From Chloroflexota bacterium (GTDB lineage: Bacteria > Chloroflexota > Dehalococcoidia > Lucifugimonadales > Lucifugimonadaceae): a stretch of DNA of 64,000 bases. The notes under the pieces are model-generated. The model was not told the DNA's origin. It saw only the letters and a program-made list of their open reading frames with translations, and searched no databases. The DNA is taken from positions 32,305-96,304 of the forward strand of contig VXSB01000008.1 of assembly GCA_009838175.1 (NCBI GenBank). The letters are read 5' to 3'. The position numbers were made by a program, and so were the translations under genes. This document shows positions 51,740-62,781 of the stretch, one piece after another; positions within the stretch are counted from its first letter, which is position 1; the number at the start of each line of letters is the position of its first letter.

Positions 51740-54112
51740 ATGGCAATCTCACCAGAAAACTTCACGCATCAAACCCGCGCAGTCATCGACGCGGCGGTGC
51801 AACTCATGATGCAGCGAAAAAACGTGCAACTCGATGTTGAACACATCCTCTTTGCCATGACTGACGGCAACGAAAGTCCGGTCCGGAAAATCCTTGACGT
51901 TCTGGAAGTCGAGATTGAGGCTTTTCGGACCGACCTGATCGCGTTGATCGATGCGAGACCCAAAGGTATTGGGCATCCGACTGGACGGCAACGACAGATC
52001 TTTATAACCCCTCGGGCGCAAAACGCGATGAGCAAAGCACAGTCCATTCAGCGCAAGACGTTCCGGGACGAGTTGATGAGCATGGACCATCTGTTAATTG
52101 CCATCGTTGAGGAAGCGGATGGCGACCTTGCGCGAGTCCTTGCGAAGCATCGAGTTACAGCCGAGCGCGTCTATCAAGCGGACCACCAAGTGCGCGGAGC
52201 AGCTCGTGTAACTTCACCCGACGCTGAGGAAGGGTACGGGACGCTCAGCAAGTACACGACCGATTTGACGCGATTGGCTCGCGACGGAAAACTCGATCCG
52301 ATTGTTGGTCGAGATTATGAGATTCGTCGTGTGATGCAGACGTTGACGCGGCGAAGCAAGAACAATCCAGTACTGATCGGAGATGCTGGTGTAGGCAAGA
52401 CTGCGATCGTCGAGGGCTTGGCTCAGATGCTCGTGAGTGAGGGTGTCCCAGAGATGCTTGCCAACAAGCGTGTACTGGCGCTGAGCATCGGGGTCCTTCT
52501 CGCCGGCGCGAAATTCCGGGGCGAGTTCGAGGAGCGACTAAAAGCAGTGATCGACGAAGCGCAATCTTCGGCTGGTGAGATTATTCTGTTCATCGACGAG
52601 TTGCACTCGGTTGTAGGCGCAGGGACTGGTAGCGAAGGGTCACTCGATGCGGCCAACATGATGAAACCGGCGCTCGCGCGCGGCGAGCTTCAAGTCGTTG
52701 GTGCGACAACGCCTGAAGAGTACCGGAGGTTCATCGAAAAAGATTCAGCCTTGGAACGTAGGTTCACACCGATCTGGGTCGAGGAACCAGAGGAAGAATC
52801 GGCCGTTGAAATGCTGAAGGCGCTAAGAAAAAACTATGAAACCCACCACGGTGTTCAACTTACTGATGCGGCGTTGGACGCTGCGGTCAGGTTAAGTGAT
52901 CGCTACGTTACCGATCGGCAGCTGCCCGACAAAGCGGTTGACTTGATTGACGAGGCTGCTGCCAAGGCGAGAATCGAACGCGCCCCTGTAGTCATGGTTG
53001 ATCAATCAGACGAACCAACTGAACCGGAGCGTCTGGTCATCAGCGAAAAAGACATCGCAGCGTTGATATCGGAACGCATCGGCGTCCCTCTCGATCAACT
53101 CGTCGAAGAAGAGGTCGAAAAACTCCTGAAGCTCGAAGATCGCTTGCATGAGCGAGTCATCGGACAGGATCGCGCGGTCAGCACTTTGGCAGATGCTGTC
53201 CGACGCGGCCGCATGGGGTTGAAGGACGCAAGTCGTCCGACGGGCGTGTTTCTGTTCATGGGACCGACCGGTGTCGGAAAAACCGAACTTGCAAAGGCTC
53301 TAGCCGAGTTCATGTTCGACGACCCGAACCACATGATCAGGCTCGACATGTCCGAATACGAAGGGCGGCACTCGATCTCTCGCATGATCGGGGCACCGCC
53401 GGGATACGTCGGGTACGAAGACGCCGGTCAGCTGACTGAGGCTGTGAGACGACGCCCGTACTCGGTGATACTGCTTGACGAGATTGAGAAAGCGCATCCG
53501 AACATCTACGACAGCATGTTGCAGATCTTCGACGACGGCCGGTTGACTGATGGGCATGGACGAACTGTGGACTTCAGCAACACGATCATCATCATGACCA
53601 GCAACTTAGGAACCGCCGACCAGAATAAAGGCGGTTTGGGATTTGCGATTGGGGGTAGCGAAGCGGCTTCGAACGGCTTCGACTCGCCGGGCCTAACTAA
53701 CCGACATGAATCAGCTTTGAAGTCGAGATTCTCACCCGAATTCTTGAACCGGATCGATGACGTTGTCGTGTTCGATCCGCTCGGTCGCGATGAAATCGAC
53801 CAGATCGTGGATAAATTCGTTCGCCAAGTCGAACAACGACTGGCAGATCGATCGATCGGTATCGAGTTGACGCCGGATGCGAAGAGTTGGATTGCTGAGC
53901 GAGGTTACGACACTTGGATGGGGGCACGACCGATGGCTCGAGCCATGCAGCGCTACGTCGAGTCGCCACTCGCGCTTGCGCTCATCAAGGGCGAGGTCAA
54001 TGATGGTGCTCATGTCGTAGTTGACATAGTTGAGGATGCGATCTTGTTCGATTCAGGCGTCGTTGATGAGGAGTTTACGAAGTCAGAATCGACTTTGGCA
54101 TCGACACACTGA
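51740..54112 (+). CDS. Clp/Hsp100 AAA+ ATPase, two nucleotide-binding domains, ClpA/ClpC-like (no long middle domain)
   Basis: 790 aa with a double Clp_N repeat. Walker A motifs are GDAGVGKTA and GPTGVGKTE. Sensor regions include SALERRF and FLNRID. AAGGAG lies upstream of the ATG. Confidence 0.85.
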   Translation: MAISPENFTHQTRAVIDAAVQLMMQRKNVQLDVEHILFAMTDGNESPVRKILDVLEVEIEAFRTDLIALIDARPKGIGHPTGRQRQIFITPRAQNAMSKAQSIQRKTFRDELMSMDHLLIAIVEEADGDLARVLAKHRVTAERVYQADHQVRGAARVTSPDAEEGYGTLSKYTTDLTRLARDGKLDPIVGRDYEIRRVMQTLTRRSKNNPVLIGDAGVGKTAIVEGLAQMLVSEGVPEMLANKRVLALSIGVLLAGAKFRGEFEERLKAVIDEAQSSAGEIILFIDELHSVVGAGTGSEGSLDAANMMKPALARGELQVVGATTPEEYRRFIEKDSALERRFTPIWVEEPEEESAVEMLKALRKNYETHHGVQLTDAALDAAVRLSDRYVTDRQLPDKAVDLIDEAAAKARIERAPVVMVDQSDEPTEPERLVISEKDIAALISERIGVPLDQLVEEEVEKLLKLEDRLHERVIGQDRAVSTLADAVRRGRMGLKDASRPTGVFLFMGPTGVGKTELAKALAEFMFDDPNHMIRLDMSEYEGRHSISRMIGAPPGYVGYEDAGQLTEAVRRRPYSVILLDEIEKAHPNIYDSMLQIFDDGRLTDGHGRTVDFSNTIIIMTSNLGTADQNKGGLGFAIGGSEAASNGFDSPGLTNRHESALKSRFSPEFLNRIDDVVVFDPLGRDEIDQIVDKFVRQVEQRLADRSIGIELTPDAKSWIAERGYDTWMGARPMARAMQRYVESPLALALIKGEVNDGAHVVVDIVEDAILFDSGVVDEEFTKSESTLASTH

Positions 54113-54196
54113 GCACTTCCTACGCATTAGAATCGGTGCGATGTCTGAACCGAACTACACTCTACGACCATCGGTTCGGGCTGTCTTGGTGCGTTA

Positions 54197-54868
54197 TTGA
54201 CAGTCGATGAAGGTAGCTGCGACGATCAAGTCGTCAGTAGCGGCAGAAGTGGCAGCTATTCATTCCGCAGGCTGCGTTATTCGGCGTTAAGGTGTCTCGC
54301 TGGGCATCCCAAGTGGGTTCAGGCTGCGCTTTGGAGCGTCGTACTCGGCTCCACTGTGATTGGAATCTCGTTGTGGTCGGGTGGTTTCTTGGACATCACC
54401 GATGTCGGTTACCTAGCGACGTTCTACTTGAACCTCGTTGGCGCTGCCACGATAATCTTGCCGGTTCCTGGGGTTTTGGCGGCGTGTGTCGCAGCAGAAC
54501 CTTCGCTTGGACTTAGTCCGGTCTTTATCGGCGTCGTCGGTGCAGCCGGCGCGACTCTAGGGGAGACGACCGCGTACCTAGTTGGGCTCGCCGGTCACGA
54601 CGCGGCGATGAAACTGCGATGGTATCCGCGTATCCACGATCTGATGGAACGCCATGGTTCGGTGACGCTTTTCTTGGTGTCGGTGATTCCGACTCCGTTC
54701 TTCGATCTCGCAGGAATCGCAGCAGGAGCTTTGAATTATCCCTTCCGGAAGTTCATGATTTACGTTTTCGCAGGCAAAACGATCCGTCTCATAATCATGG
54801 CGTACGCTTGTCGACAGGGCATTGAGTGGCTCAGAAACATCTACGAATTCAATCTGCCTTTTGGGTGA
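54197..54868 (+). CDS. VTT/DedA-superfamily membrane protein (YqaA-like)
   Basis: 223 aa. Contains LGETTAYLVG, HGSVTLFLVSVIPTPFFDLAGIAAG and GKTIRL, resembling E. coli YqaA. The TTG start is uncertain. Confidence 0.6.
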   Translation: MTVDEGSCDDQVVSSGRSGSYSFRRLRYSALRCLAGHPKWVQAALWSVVLGSTVIGISLWSGGFLDITDVGYLATFYLNLVGAATIILPVPGVLAACVAAEPSLGLSPVFIGVVGAAGATLGETTAYLVGLAGHDAAMKLRWYPRIHDLMERHGSVTLFLVSVIPTPFFDLAGIAAGALNYPFRKFMIYVFAGKTIRLIIMAYACRQGIEWLRNIYEFNLPFG

Positions 54869-54940
54869 TTGGGTCCTGAGTCAAACGGGATTGAATCCCT
54901 GCCACTGACTGCAATCAGTCAAGCCTTGCCGAATGACCTC

Positions 54941-56149
54941 ATGACGGACGTCCCAACACAACGCTCGAATGATCCATACGCCGGGCTATCGGTAATCATC
55001 GTTGCGGCTGGACAATCAACGCGCATGGAAGGTGTCGACAAGCTTGCGTTGGATATAGGCAGTCGATCAATCTTGTGGCATTCGCTGGAAGTCGTTGACC
55101 GAAGTCCATTAGTAAGCGGAGCGGTTGTGGTGACGCATGAAACCAAAGTAGCTGACATCAGCGAGAGCATCGCCAACGGTAATTTCTCTATGCCTATCCG
55201 AGTCGTTTCCGGTGGCGCTCGACGACAAGATTCGGTACGAAATGGGATTGGGGAATTGGACCGGGCACAGATGGCTTCCGAATTCATCGCAGTTCACGAC
55301 GCCGCACGTCCCTTCGTAAATGAAGACATGCTCAAGCGGGGTCTTGCTGCAGCCCGTCACGTCGGCGCGGCGATACCTGTTGTTCCACTCAAGGATACGA
55401 TCAAGCGCGTTGAGCACGGAATCGTTGTTGACACTCCTGATCGAGAAGCGATGTTCTCGGTGCAAACACCTCAAGTTTTCCGCGCTGAGATCCTGCGCGC
55501 GGCGCATCAAACCGTCGAGGCAGATGTAACTGATGATGCATCGATGGTGGAAGTAGCGGGTGGATTGGTCGCTACGTTTGAAGGAGCTTACGAAAACATC
55601 AAAATAACGACTCCATCGGATATCGATATCGCCCGAGCGATAGCTGCCGAAAGTGGTGGCGAATGGACATATCGTTGGGGAAGCGGATTCGACGGACACA
55701 AACTACTGGAAGGCGGACCCCTCAAATTAGGCGGATGCGAGATCGAGTTTGATATGCGTTTGCAGGGTCACTCTGACGGCGATGTCTTGTTTCATGCAGT
55801 CGCAAGCGCCATCCTTGGTGCCGCGGGTCTCGGAGATCTCGGTGGAAGATTCCCGTCTACTGATCCCAAATACGCCGGCGCAGACAGTTCGACATTTATC
55901 CGAGACGCAACGCTAGAGGCTAGAGCGTTAGGATGGTGCATTGACCATCTCGATGCGACGATCATCGCTCAGCGCCCAAGGCTGGCGGCATATGTTCCCG
56001 ATTTCGAAGCGAATATCGCGGATGCTGTAGATACCGAGACCGATCGAGTAAACATCAAAGTGACATCGACTGACGAAGTCGGCGCCATCGGGCAAGGTGA
56101 GGGCATAGCGGCTCAAGCGATCGTGACTTTGAGGCGTCAGAGCAGTTGA
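54941..56149 (+). CDS. ispDF: Bifunctional 2-C-methyl-D-erythritol 4-phosphate cytidylyltransferase / 2-C-methyl-D-erythritol 2,4-cyclodiphosphate synthase
   Basis: The IspD motif is VIIVAAGQSTRM. The IspF motifs are GSGFDGHKL and GHSDGDVLFHA. I prefer the ATG at 54941 within the track ORF 54869..56149. Confidence 0.88.
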   Translation: MTDVPTQRSNDPYAGLSVIIVAAGQSTRMEGVDKLALDIGSRSILWHSLEVVDRSPLVSGAVVVTHETKVADISESIANGNFSMPIRVVSGGARRQDSVRNGIGELDRAQMASEFIAVHDAARPFVNEDMLKRGLAAARHVGAAIPVVPLKDTIKRVEHGIVVDTPDREAMFSVQTPQVFRAEILRAAHQTVEADVTDDASMVEVAGGLVATFEGAYENIKITTPSDIDIARAIAAESGGEWTYRWGSGFDGHKLLEGGPLKLGGCEIEFDMRLQGHSDGDVLFHAVASAILGAAGLGDLGGRFPSTDPKYAGADSSTFIRDATLEARALGWCIDHLDATIIAQRPRLAAYVPDFEANIADAVDTETDRVNIKVTSTDEVGAIGQGEGIAAQAIVTLRRQSS

Positions 56150-56193
56150 GATTAAAATCTCCGTTAAACCGCACCCCGACTTTTTAACCAACC

Positions 56194-57561
56194 ATGCAGC
56201 TTTACAACACCCTCACGCGCCAAAAAGAAGAGTTTAAGCAGATATCCGATCCAGTTCGGATGTATGTGTGTGGCGTGACGACCTACGACGAACCGCACCT
56301 CGGTCACGCGTTGGCAACGGTGATCTTTGAAGTGTTGCAGTCGTATATGCAATACCGTGGTATCAACGTCAAACGGGTACAGAACTTCACCGATGTGGAC
56401 GACAAAATCATTGATCGGGCTGCCGAAAACGGTGTTGATTGGTTCGATCTGACACAAGAACACGTCGCTTCGTTTTTCGAGGCCATGGATGGTCTCAACG
56501 TCAAACGGGCAGACGTCCATCCTCGAGTCACTGAGGAGATCGACCATATAATCGCTCTGATCGACGAACTCGTGAACTCAGGAGCGGCGTACGAGGCCGG
56601 TGGTTCCGTCTACTACCGCGTACGGCGCAATGAGCAGTATGGCAAGTTGAGTGGTCGTACCGTCGACGGCGTGGCGGAGTTGGCGCGCCTTGAACCAGAT
56701 CTCCTCAAAGAAAAGCCTGAAGATTTCGCTTTGTGGAAAGCCTGGAAACCCGGCGAACCATCATGGGACAGTCCATGGGGCCCCGGTCGACCCGGATGGC
56801 ATATTGAGTGCTCCGCAATGGCTCGGCGTTATCTCGGCGACCAAGTCGATATCCATGGTGGCGGTTTAGACCTCGTATTTCCGCATCATGAGAATGAGGT
56901 GGCGCAGTCAGAGTCGGCGACGGGCGTAGTTCCGTTCGCACGTTTCTGGGTTCATAACGGGCTGCTGCGGATGGGTGGCGATCAGAAGATGTCAAAGTCG
57001 CTCGGGAATTTCGTGACTGTCAGGGATGCGCTTAAAACCTACTCAACCGACGCGATCAGGATGTGGGTATTCCAAAGCCACTACCGGAGCCCTGCCACTT
57101 ACGATGTCGAAAATCTGGTTGCCGCGGAGAGGGCAGTCCGCAGGTTGCGACAGGCGGCAGAGGCAGTTAACGCGGGTGTCGGGACGGGCGAAGCTTACGA
57201 TGCGGACCACGTAAGGCAACGCTTCGTCGAAGCGATGGACGATGATCTGAACACACCTAGGGCATTGGCGGCGATTTTCGATCTGGCTAGGGAGATTTTC
57301 ACCGAGCAAGCAAAAGGATCGGATATCTCAGATGCGCAGGCAACCTTGCGTGAGTTGGTCGGCGTGTTGGGACTGACGCTCGAAGAGCCTGAAAGCAACG
57401 ACACGACAGACGACGCGAAGATCGAAGAACTGATCGAAAAGCGGCAGTCAGCGCGACAGGACAGGGATTACTCAACGGCCGACGAGATTCGCGACCAGTT
57501 GGCTGAGATGGGGGTTGAGATTATGGACACGCCACAGGGAACTACCTGGCGGCGGGCATAA
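56194..57561 (+). CDS. cysS: Cysteine--tRNA ligase
   Basis: 455 aa. MQLYNTLTR... is followed by the HIGH-type motif PHLGHA, then KMSKSLGN. Confidence 0.93.
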   Translation: MQLYNTLTRQKEEFKQISDPVRMYVCGVTTYDEPHLGHALATVIFEVLQSYMQYRGINVKRVQNFTDVDDKIIDRAAENGVDWFDLTQEHVASFFEAMDGLNVKRADVHPRVTEEIDHIIALIDELVNSGAAYEAGGSVYYRVRRNEQYGKLSGRTVDGVAELARLEPDLLKEKPEDFALWKAWKPGEPSWDSPWGPGRPGWHIECSAMARRYLGDQVDIHGGGLDLVFPHHENEVAQSESATGVVPFARFWVHNGLLRMGGDQKMSKSLGNFVTVRDALKTYSTDAIRMWVFQSHYRSPATYDVENLVAAERAVRRLRQAAEAVNAGVGTGEAYDADHVRQRFVEAMDDDLNTPRALAAIFDLAREIFTEQAKGSDISDAQATLRELVGVLGLTLEEPESNDTTDDAKIEELIEKRQSARQDRDYSTADEIRDQLAEMGVEIMDTPQGTTWRRA

Positions 57562-57579
57562 CTTGGCTTCTTGTTAGCG

Positions 57580-57789
57580 TCAGCTGAACCGGACGTTCGC
57601 TATCGCAACCGCTACGAACACGATCGTCAACACGATCGTCGCTCTGAACAGTATCTTCTCTACGCCGCGACGAACGCGGAACGTGCTCTCCGACTGTCCG
57701 AAAACAGACGGGTTGTTGCCGCGGGCTTGCAAGAGCAAGATCACTATCAGCACAACGGCAATGATGAGGAGCGATATCTGAAACCACAT
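57580..57789 (-). CDS. secG: Preprotein translocase subunit SecG
   Basis: 69 aa with two TM helices and the LLQARGNN..FG loop typical of SecG. Confidence 0.6.
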   Translation of the reverse strand: MWFQISLLIIAVVLIVILLLQARGNNPSVFGQSESTFRVRRGVEKILFRATIVLTIVFVAVAIANVRFS

Positions 57790-57840
57790 GTCTACAAGGT
57801 TAATTCAGCGAAACCGTTGCCGAGACTTAGCAGAGCACCT

Positions 57841-59322
57841 TTATCCGTCCATCGCCTCGCCCAACAGCCGCATCACAGATTGCGCGTCCGCACGGCCGCG
57901 GGTCGCCTTCATCACCTGTCCCATCAAGAACCGGATTGCGTTGGTTTTGCCTGAGCGATAATCTTCGACCGCCGACGGGTTGCTCGCCAAAACCTCGTCG
58001 ATTATCGGTGCCAATTCATCAGCATCACCTACCGATGCCAGACCAAGACGCTCGATCACTTCTTCGGGATCGGCGCCATTGTCGAACATTTCACCGAACA
58101 CTCGTTTAGCCGAGTTATTGTTAATCTCCCGTTTCTGGAACTTGCGAACTAACACCGCTAACGCGGTCGGCTCGACTCGGGTTTCTTGGATGCTGGGAAC
58201 GTCGTTCTCGTGCATTAACCGAGCCATTTCGCCGTTGAGCCAGTTAGCGGTCTCTTTGGCGAAACTGGCTTGGTCGCTCTCCGATTCACCACCCACAGTT
58301 TTCATCACGGCTTCAAAATATTCGGCCGAAGATAGTGAATCGACTAGCAGCGATGCATCGTAGTCCGAGAGTCCCCATGATCCGATGAAGCGCTGCTTCT
58401 TCGCCAACGGTAGTTCCGGCATTTGCGACTGAATATCAGCGACCCAATTTCGTCCAATATGGAGGGGCGGGATGTCTGGTTCGGGGAAGTAGCGGTAGTC
58501 GTGAGCATCCTCTTTCGACCGCTGAGTAACGGTGTACTTCTCGCCATCCATCCAACCGCGCGTCTCCTGCACGATCCGTTCTCCTCGTTTGATCGCGGCA
58601 ATTTGCCGTTCGATCTCGTGCTCGACGGCCTCGCGTACGGCTCGGACGCGGTTCATGTTTTTGACTTCGACTTTCTCTCCGAGTTCTGTCGAACCTGCTG
58701 GTCTGACGCTGATGTTGGCATCGCAGCGGAAAGAGCCTTCTTCCATGTTGGCAGTGCCAACGCCGAGGTAGCGAATGATCGATTGCAACGTTGTGATGTA
58801 GGCCTCGACCTGGTCCGGTGTGCGCATGTCCGGTTCGGTGACGATCTCCATCAACGGTACACCGGCGCGGTTAATGTCTAGCAAGGAGTGCATCACTCCA
58901 CCCGTCGGAGAATCGATGTGGATTAGACGCGCAACGTCTTCTTCCATGTGGACACGGTTGATGCCGACGCGGTGTGGCGTTTCTGTCGGTAAGTCAATCC
59001 AACCGTCGATACAGATCGGCTCGTCGTATTGGGATATCTGGTACCCCTTCATGAGATCGGGGTAGGTGTATTGCTTGCGATCGAATTTTGTGACTTCGGC
59101 GATTTCGCAATTCAAAGCGAGGCCGATAGCGATCGCGGATTCGACAGCACGTTTGTTGACGACCGGCAAAGTCCCTGGCAGCGCCATCGACACTGGGTCG
59201 ACCAAAGTGTTGGGCGATGCTTTTTGGTATCCGGCACCCGACCAAGAGAACATCTTGCTCTTGGTGTTCAACTGGACGTGCGTTTCGAGTCCAATTACTG
59301 CTTCGAATTCGGTTTCTGACAT
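57841..59322 (-). CDS. gatB: Aspartyl/glutamyl-tRNA(Asn/Gln) amidotransferase subunit B
   Basis: 493 aa. Contains FEAVIGLETHVQL, GYQISQYD, CDANISVR and a C-terminal YqeY-like tail. Confidence 0.92.
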   Translation of the reverse strand: MSETEFEAVIGLETHVQLNTKSKMFSWSGAGYQKASPNTLVDPVSMALPGTLPVVNKRAVESAIAIGLALNCEIAEVTKFDRKQYTYPDLMKGYQISQYDEPICIDGWIDLPTETPHRVGINRVHMEEDVARLIHIDSPTGGVMHSLLDINRAGVPLMEIVTEPDMRTPDQVEAYITTLQSIIRYLGVGTANMEEGSFRCDANISVRPAGSTELGEKVEVKNMNRVRAVREAVEHEIERQIAAIKRGERIVQETRGWMDGEKYTVTQRSKEDAHDYRYFPEPDIPPLHIGRNWVADIQSQMPELPLAKKQRFIGSWGLSDYDASLLVDSLSSAEYFEAVMKTVGGESESDQASFAKETANWLNGEMARLMHENDVPSIQETRVEPTALAVLVRKFQKREINNNSAKRVFGEMFDNGADPEEVIERLGLASVGDADELAPIIDEVLASNPSAVEDYRSGKTNAIRFLMGQVMKATRGRADAQSVMRLLGEAMDG

Positions 59323-59396
59323 TTAGTGTTCCCAGTACTGGGCGTGATTGCAGCTGACCATTTCTATTTTCTAATACGACTAGAAGCGTTTTTGCT

Positions 59397-60092
59397 TCAC
59401 CAAGCCTGGGGCCCGATCAGCGGCACGAAGACGCATTCAACGCCGTAGCTGACATTGCAACCTTCATCAGTCTTAACGACGGTAGCAACGCGTTGCCTTC
59501 TGCGAGTGCCGACTGGTATCACCATACGTCCGTGAGGTTTTAGTTGATCTACTAAAGACTGCGGGACTTCTGGAGCTGATGCCCCCACAATAATGGCGTC
59601 ATAAGGCGCGCGTTCCGGACAACCCAAGACTTCATCAGATGCCTCCACTACTTCGACGTTTTCGTAGCCCAGTCGCTTTAGACGATAGCGTGCGGCATCT
59701 GCGAGTTCGCCTATTCTTTCCACCGTGACTACTTGGTTTGCCAGCAACGACAATATCGCTGCTTGGTAACCAGAACCACATCCGACGTCTAGGACGCGCG
59801 CCACGCCTGGTTCTAGACCAAGTTCGGAGATCATGTGTGCGACGAGGCTCGGCTGCGAAATCGTTTGGCCTTTACCTATCGAAAGTGCACGGTCGCATGT
59901 GGCTCGACCGCGATCGTTTTCCTGCACGAAATCTTCGCGTTTAACAGTCAACGTCGCTTCTGCAACGCGGGAATCAACTTCGCGCCTCGACCGCAATGCG
60001 TGAGCAATCTCCGAGAGTCCGGAAGCGGGTTCAGTTATGGAGCGCCCGATCAGAATGTCGGACAATCTTCTCTTGATCTGTTGGAGCGGCAA
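59397..60092 (-). CDS. pcm: Protein-L-isoaspartate O-methyltransferase
   Basis: 231 aa. Contains TISQPSLVAHM, VLDVGCGSGYQAAIL and GRMVIPVG. Confidence 0.85.
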   Translation of the reverse strand: MPLQQIKRRLSDILIGRSITEPASGLSEIAHALRSRREVDSRVAEATLTVKREDFVQENDRGRATCDRALSIGKGQTISQPSLVAHMISELGLEPGVARVLDVGCGSGYQAAILSLLANQVVTVERIGELADAARYRLKRLGYENVEVVEASDEVLGCPERAPYDAIIVGASAPEVPQSLVDQLKPHGRMVIPVGTRRRQRVATVVKTDEGCNVSYGVECVFVPLIGPQAW

Positions 60093-60376
60093 GTTCGTGT
60101 TCGTAGATGATCGGCAATGGCAGTCTTTGAGTGATAAGGCTTAGGATACGGGTTGATCTAATGCCGCTTCGGATTGTTTAGTCGATGTCATAGTCGTCCG
60201 ATAAGGTTGTGATTTCGATGGTTTCGTTTGACTGGTAAAATTAATGACAGAAGCAATCAGGAGTTCAATCGGGACGTCAAACGGGCGAAGACAGCCTGAA
60301 TTGTCGGGTCGTTGATAGCGTGGCCAAACGTGTAGCCAAAACCCTATCCAAACGGTTGCAGAAACTGGAAAGTTAG

Positions 60377-61846
60377 TTGACAACGCAAGACAGACTCACC
60401 ATCTCACGGGAATCCAAGCTCGATGATGCGGGCTACAAGTGGGGATTCTCGACCGATGTCGAGATGGAACTGGCACCCAAGGGTCTGAGTCCTGACATCG
60501 TCCGACTGATCTCGGAGAAAAAGGATGAGCCTGATTGGATGCTCGAGTGGCGGTTGAAGGCGTTCGAGTACTGGAGCAAGTTACAGCGCGAAGACGCCGA
60601 GCCTCGATGGGCCAAGCTGCGATATCCGGACATCGACTACCAAGATATCTACTATTACGCAGCTCCTAAATCCTTCGACGACGCTCCGAAGAGTTTGGAC
60701 GAAGTCGATCCTGAGATGCTGGAGACGTTCGACAAGCTCGGGATTCCGCTTCACGAGCGAGAGCGCCTTGCCGGCGTCGCCGTCGACGCGGTGTTCGACT
60801 CGGTATCGGTTGCGACGACTTACGCGGATCAGCTTGAAGAGCGAGGCATCATCTTCTGCTCGTTCACCGAGGCAGTCCAGAACCATCCGGAGCTTGTCCA
60901 GAAGTATCTTGGATCAGTAGTTCCTTACACGGACAACTTCTTCGCGGCGTTGAATTCGGCAGTTTTCTCGGACGGTTCGTTTGCGTACGTGCCCCCCGGC
61001 GTACGGTGTCCGATTGAGTTGATGACTTATTTCCGTATCAATACTGAGGGATCAGGTCAATTCGAGCGTACGCTCATCGTCGCCGATGAGGGCGCATACG
61101 TGAGCTACCTCGAAGGATGCACGGCTCCGATACGCCGCACGAGTCAGCTACACGCAGCAGTCGTGGAGCTCGTCGCACTCGACCGCGGTGAGATCAAGTA
61201 CTCGACGATCCAGAACTGGTATCCGGGGACCAAGGATGGGCAGGGCGGCGTCTACAACTTCGTGACCAAGCGGGGGATCACAGAACGCGATGCCAAAATC
61301 TCATGGACGCAGGTCGAAACTGGTTCAGCGATCACTTGGAAATATCCGTCGGTCATCTTGCGAGGGGACAACTCGGTGGGCGAATTCTACTCTGTTGCTC
61401 TCGCCAACAACTATCAGCAGGCCGACACCGGGACCAAGATGATCCACATCGGCAAGAACACCAAGTCGACCATCGTGTCGAAGGGCATCTCTGCTGGTCA
61501 TGGTGAAAACACCTATCGAGGCGGCGTGAAGATTCTGCCGGGCGCAGAGAACGCCACGAATCACACGCAATGCGACTCGCTGCTGGTCGGCGATCAATGC
61601 GGTGCTCATACCGTTCCATATATCGAGGTGCGCAACCCGACCGCCCGGTTGGAACACGAGGCCAGCACATCCAAAGTGAGCGACGAGCAGCTTTTCTACT
61701 TGATGTCGCGCGGAATATCCGAAGAGGATGCTCACCACATGATCATCACTGGCTGGAGCCGGAACGTGATCAAGGAGCTGCCGTTCGAATTCGCGCTTGA
61801 AGCCGGACAATTGCTGAAAGTCAGCTTGGAAGGCGCAGTCGGGTAG
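60377..61846 (+). CDS. sufB: Fe-S cluster assembly scaffold protein SufB
   Basis: 489 aa with a TTG start. Contains [30 protein letters not shown] and [21 protein letters not shown]. Confidence 0.92.
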   Translation: MTTQDRLTISRESKLDDAGYKWGFSTDVEMELAPKGLSPDIVRLISEKKDEPDWMLEWRLKAFEYWSKLQREDAEPRWAKLRYPDIDYQDIYYYAAPKSFDDAPKSLDEVDPEMLETFDKLGIPLHERERLAGVAVDAVFDSVSVATTYADQLEERGIIFCSFTEAVQNHPELVQKYLGSVVPYTDNFFAALNSAVFSDGSFAYVPPGVRCPIELMTYFRINTEGSGQFERTLIVADEGAYVSYLEGCTAPIRRTSQLHAAVVELVALDRGEIKYSTIQNWYPGTKDGQGGVYNFVTKRGITERDAKISWTQVETGSAITWKYPSVILRGDNSVGEFYSVALANNYQQADTGTKMIHIGKNTKSTIVSKGISAGHGENTYRGGVKILPGAENATNHTQCDSLLVGDQCGAHTVPYIEVRNPTARLEHEASTSKVSDEQLFYLMSRGISEEDAHHMIITGWSRNVIKELPFEFALEAGQLLKVSLEGAVG

Positions 61847-62006
61847 TGAAGCCGCGAAGCATCACTCGACCAATTGAGTTTGTTCGGGATCCGAACGTAG
61901 CCAACAGTAGCGAACTGATACCTGAATCGATCATCCGACATCTGGGCGCGTCTCATGGCGCAACGACAGTCGGAAAACAACTTGGACAATCTACACGAGA
62001 GACCGA

Positions 62007-62771
62007 ATGCTGAAGATTGAAAATCTGCACGCCACTGTCACAGACAGCGACGAAGTCATACTGAAGGGTATCGATCTGGAAGTAAGTCCGGGCGAGGTGC
62101 ATGCAATCATGGGACCCAACGGTAGCGGCAAGAGCACGCTTGCCAATGTGCTGATGGGTAAACCGTCGTACACCGTCTCTGAGGGCGATATCACTGTCGA
62201 CGGCGAGAGCATCGTCGAAATGATGCCGGACGAACGCGCCCATCTGGGATTGTTTTTGGCGATGCAGTACCCGTCAGAAGTTCCGGGTGTCCGACCTTGG
62301 CAGTTCCTCAAGGCGGCCAAGGACGCGATAGACGACGCTAATGGTCAGAAAAAGACTTCGGTGCGCCAGTTCTCCAAGCTGTTCGATGAAAAAGTCGAGG
62401 AAATAGGCATCAATCTAGATTTGATCAAGAGGTCCTTGAACGAGGGGTTCTCAGGTGGCGAGAAGAAGCGCAACGAGATGCTTCAGATGCAGGTTCTGGA
62501 CCCAAGGATCGCGATCATGGACGAGACCGATTCGGGACTCGACATCGATGCGTTGCAGGCGGTTGCCGATGGCGTCAACAAGATGCGCTCGCCGGAGCGT
62601 AGTTTTGTCATTGTCACGCACTACCAGCGATTGCTCCACTTCGTGCATCCGGACATCGTGCACGTCCTCGTAGACGGCAAGATTGTCGAGACGGGCGATG
62701 CATCGTTGGCAGAGAAGGTCGAGCAGAACGGTTATCGGGACTACCTCGCTGCTCAACGCAACGGGAAGTAG
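62007..62771 (+). CDS. sufC: Fe-S cluster assembly ATPase SufC
   Basis: 254 aa. Contains MLKIENLHA, GPNGSGKST, the signature NEGFSGGEKKR and Walker B AIMDETDSGLD. Confidence 0.93.
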   Translation: MLKIENLHATVTDSDEVILKGIDLEVSPGEVHAIMGPNGSGKSTLANVLMGKPSYTVSEGDITVDGESIVEMMPDERAHLGLFLAMQYPSEVPGVRPWQFLKAAKDAIDDANGQKKTSVRQFSKLFDEKVEEIGINLDLIKRSLNEGFSGGEKKRNEMLQMQVLDPRIAIMDETDSGLDIDALQAVADGVNKMRSPERSFVIVTHYQRLLHFVHPDIVHVLVDGKIVETGDASLAEKVEQNGYRDYLAAQRNGK

Positions 62772-62781
62772 CAAAAATCCT

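Noticed and set aside
51552-51752. 67-codon N-terminal extension of the hsp20 ORF.
   Set aside because: The extension runs through the AT-rich divergent promoter and the HAIR-like operator. The internal ATG at 51551 has an AAGGAG RBS and gives a standard-length sHSP.
51740-54112. Calling the Hsp100 gene clpB on the basis of its heat-shock context.
   Set aside because: The ClpB-defining middle domain is missing and a ClpP-loop-like LGF tripeptide is present. The product is therefore left as a ClpA/ClpC-like ATPase.
60141-60383. 80-aa minus-strand ORF in the pcm-sufB intergenic region.
   Set aside because: It has no RBS, its composition is odd, and it overlaps the sufB start. It more likely lies within the suf promoter/leader region.
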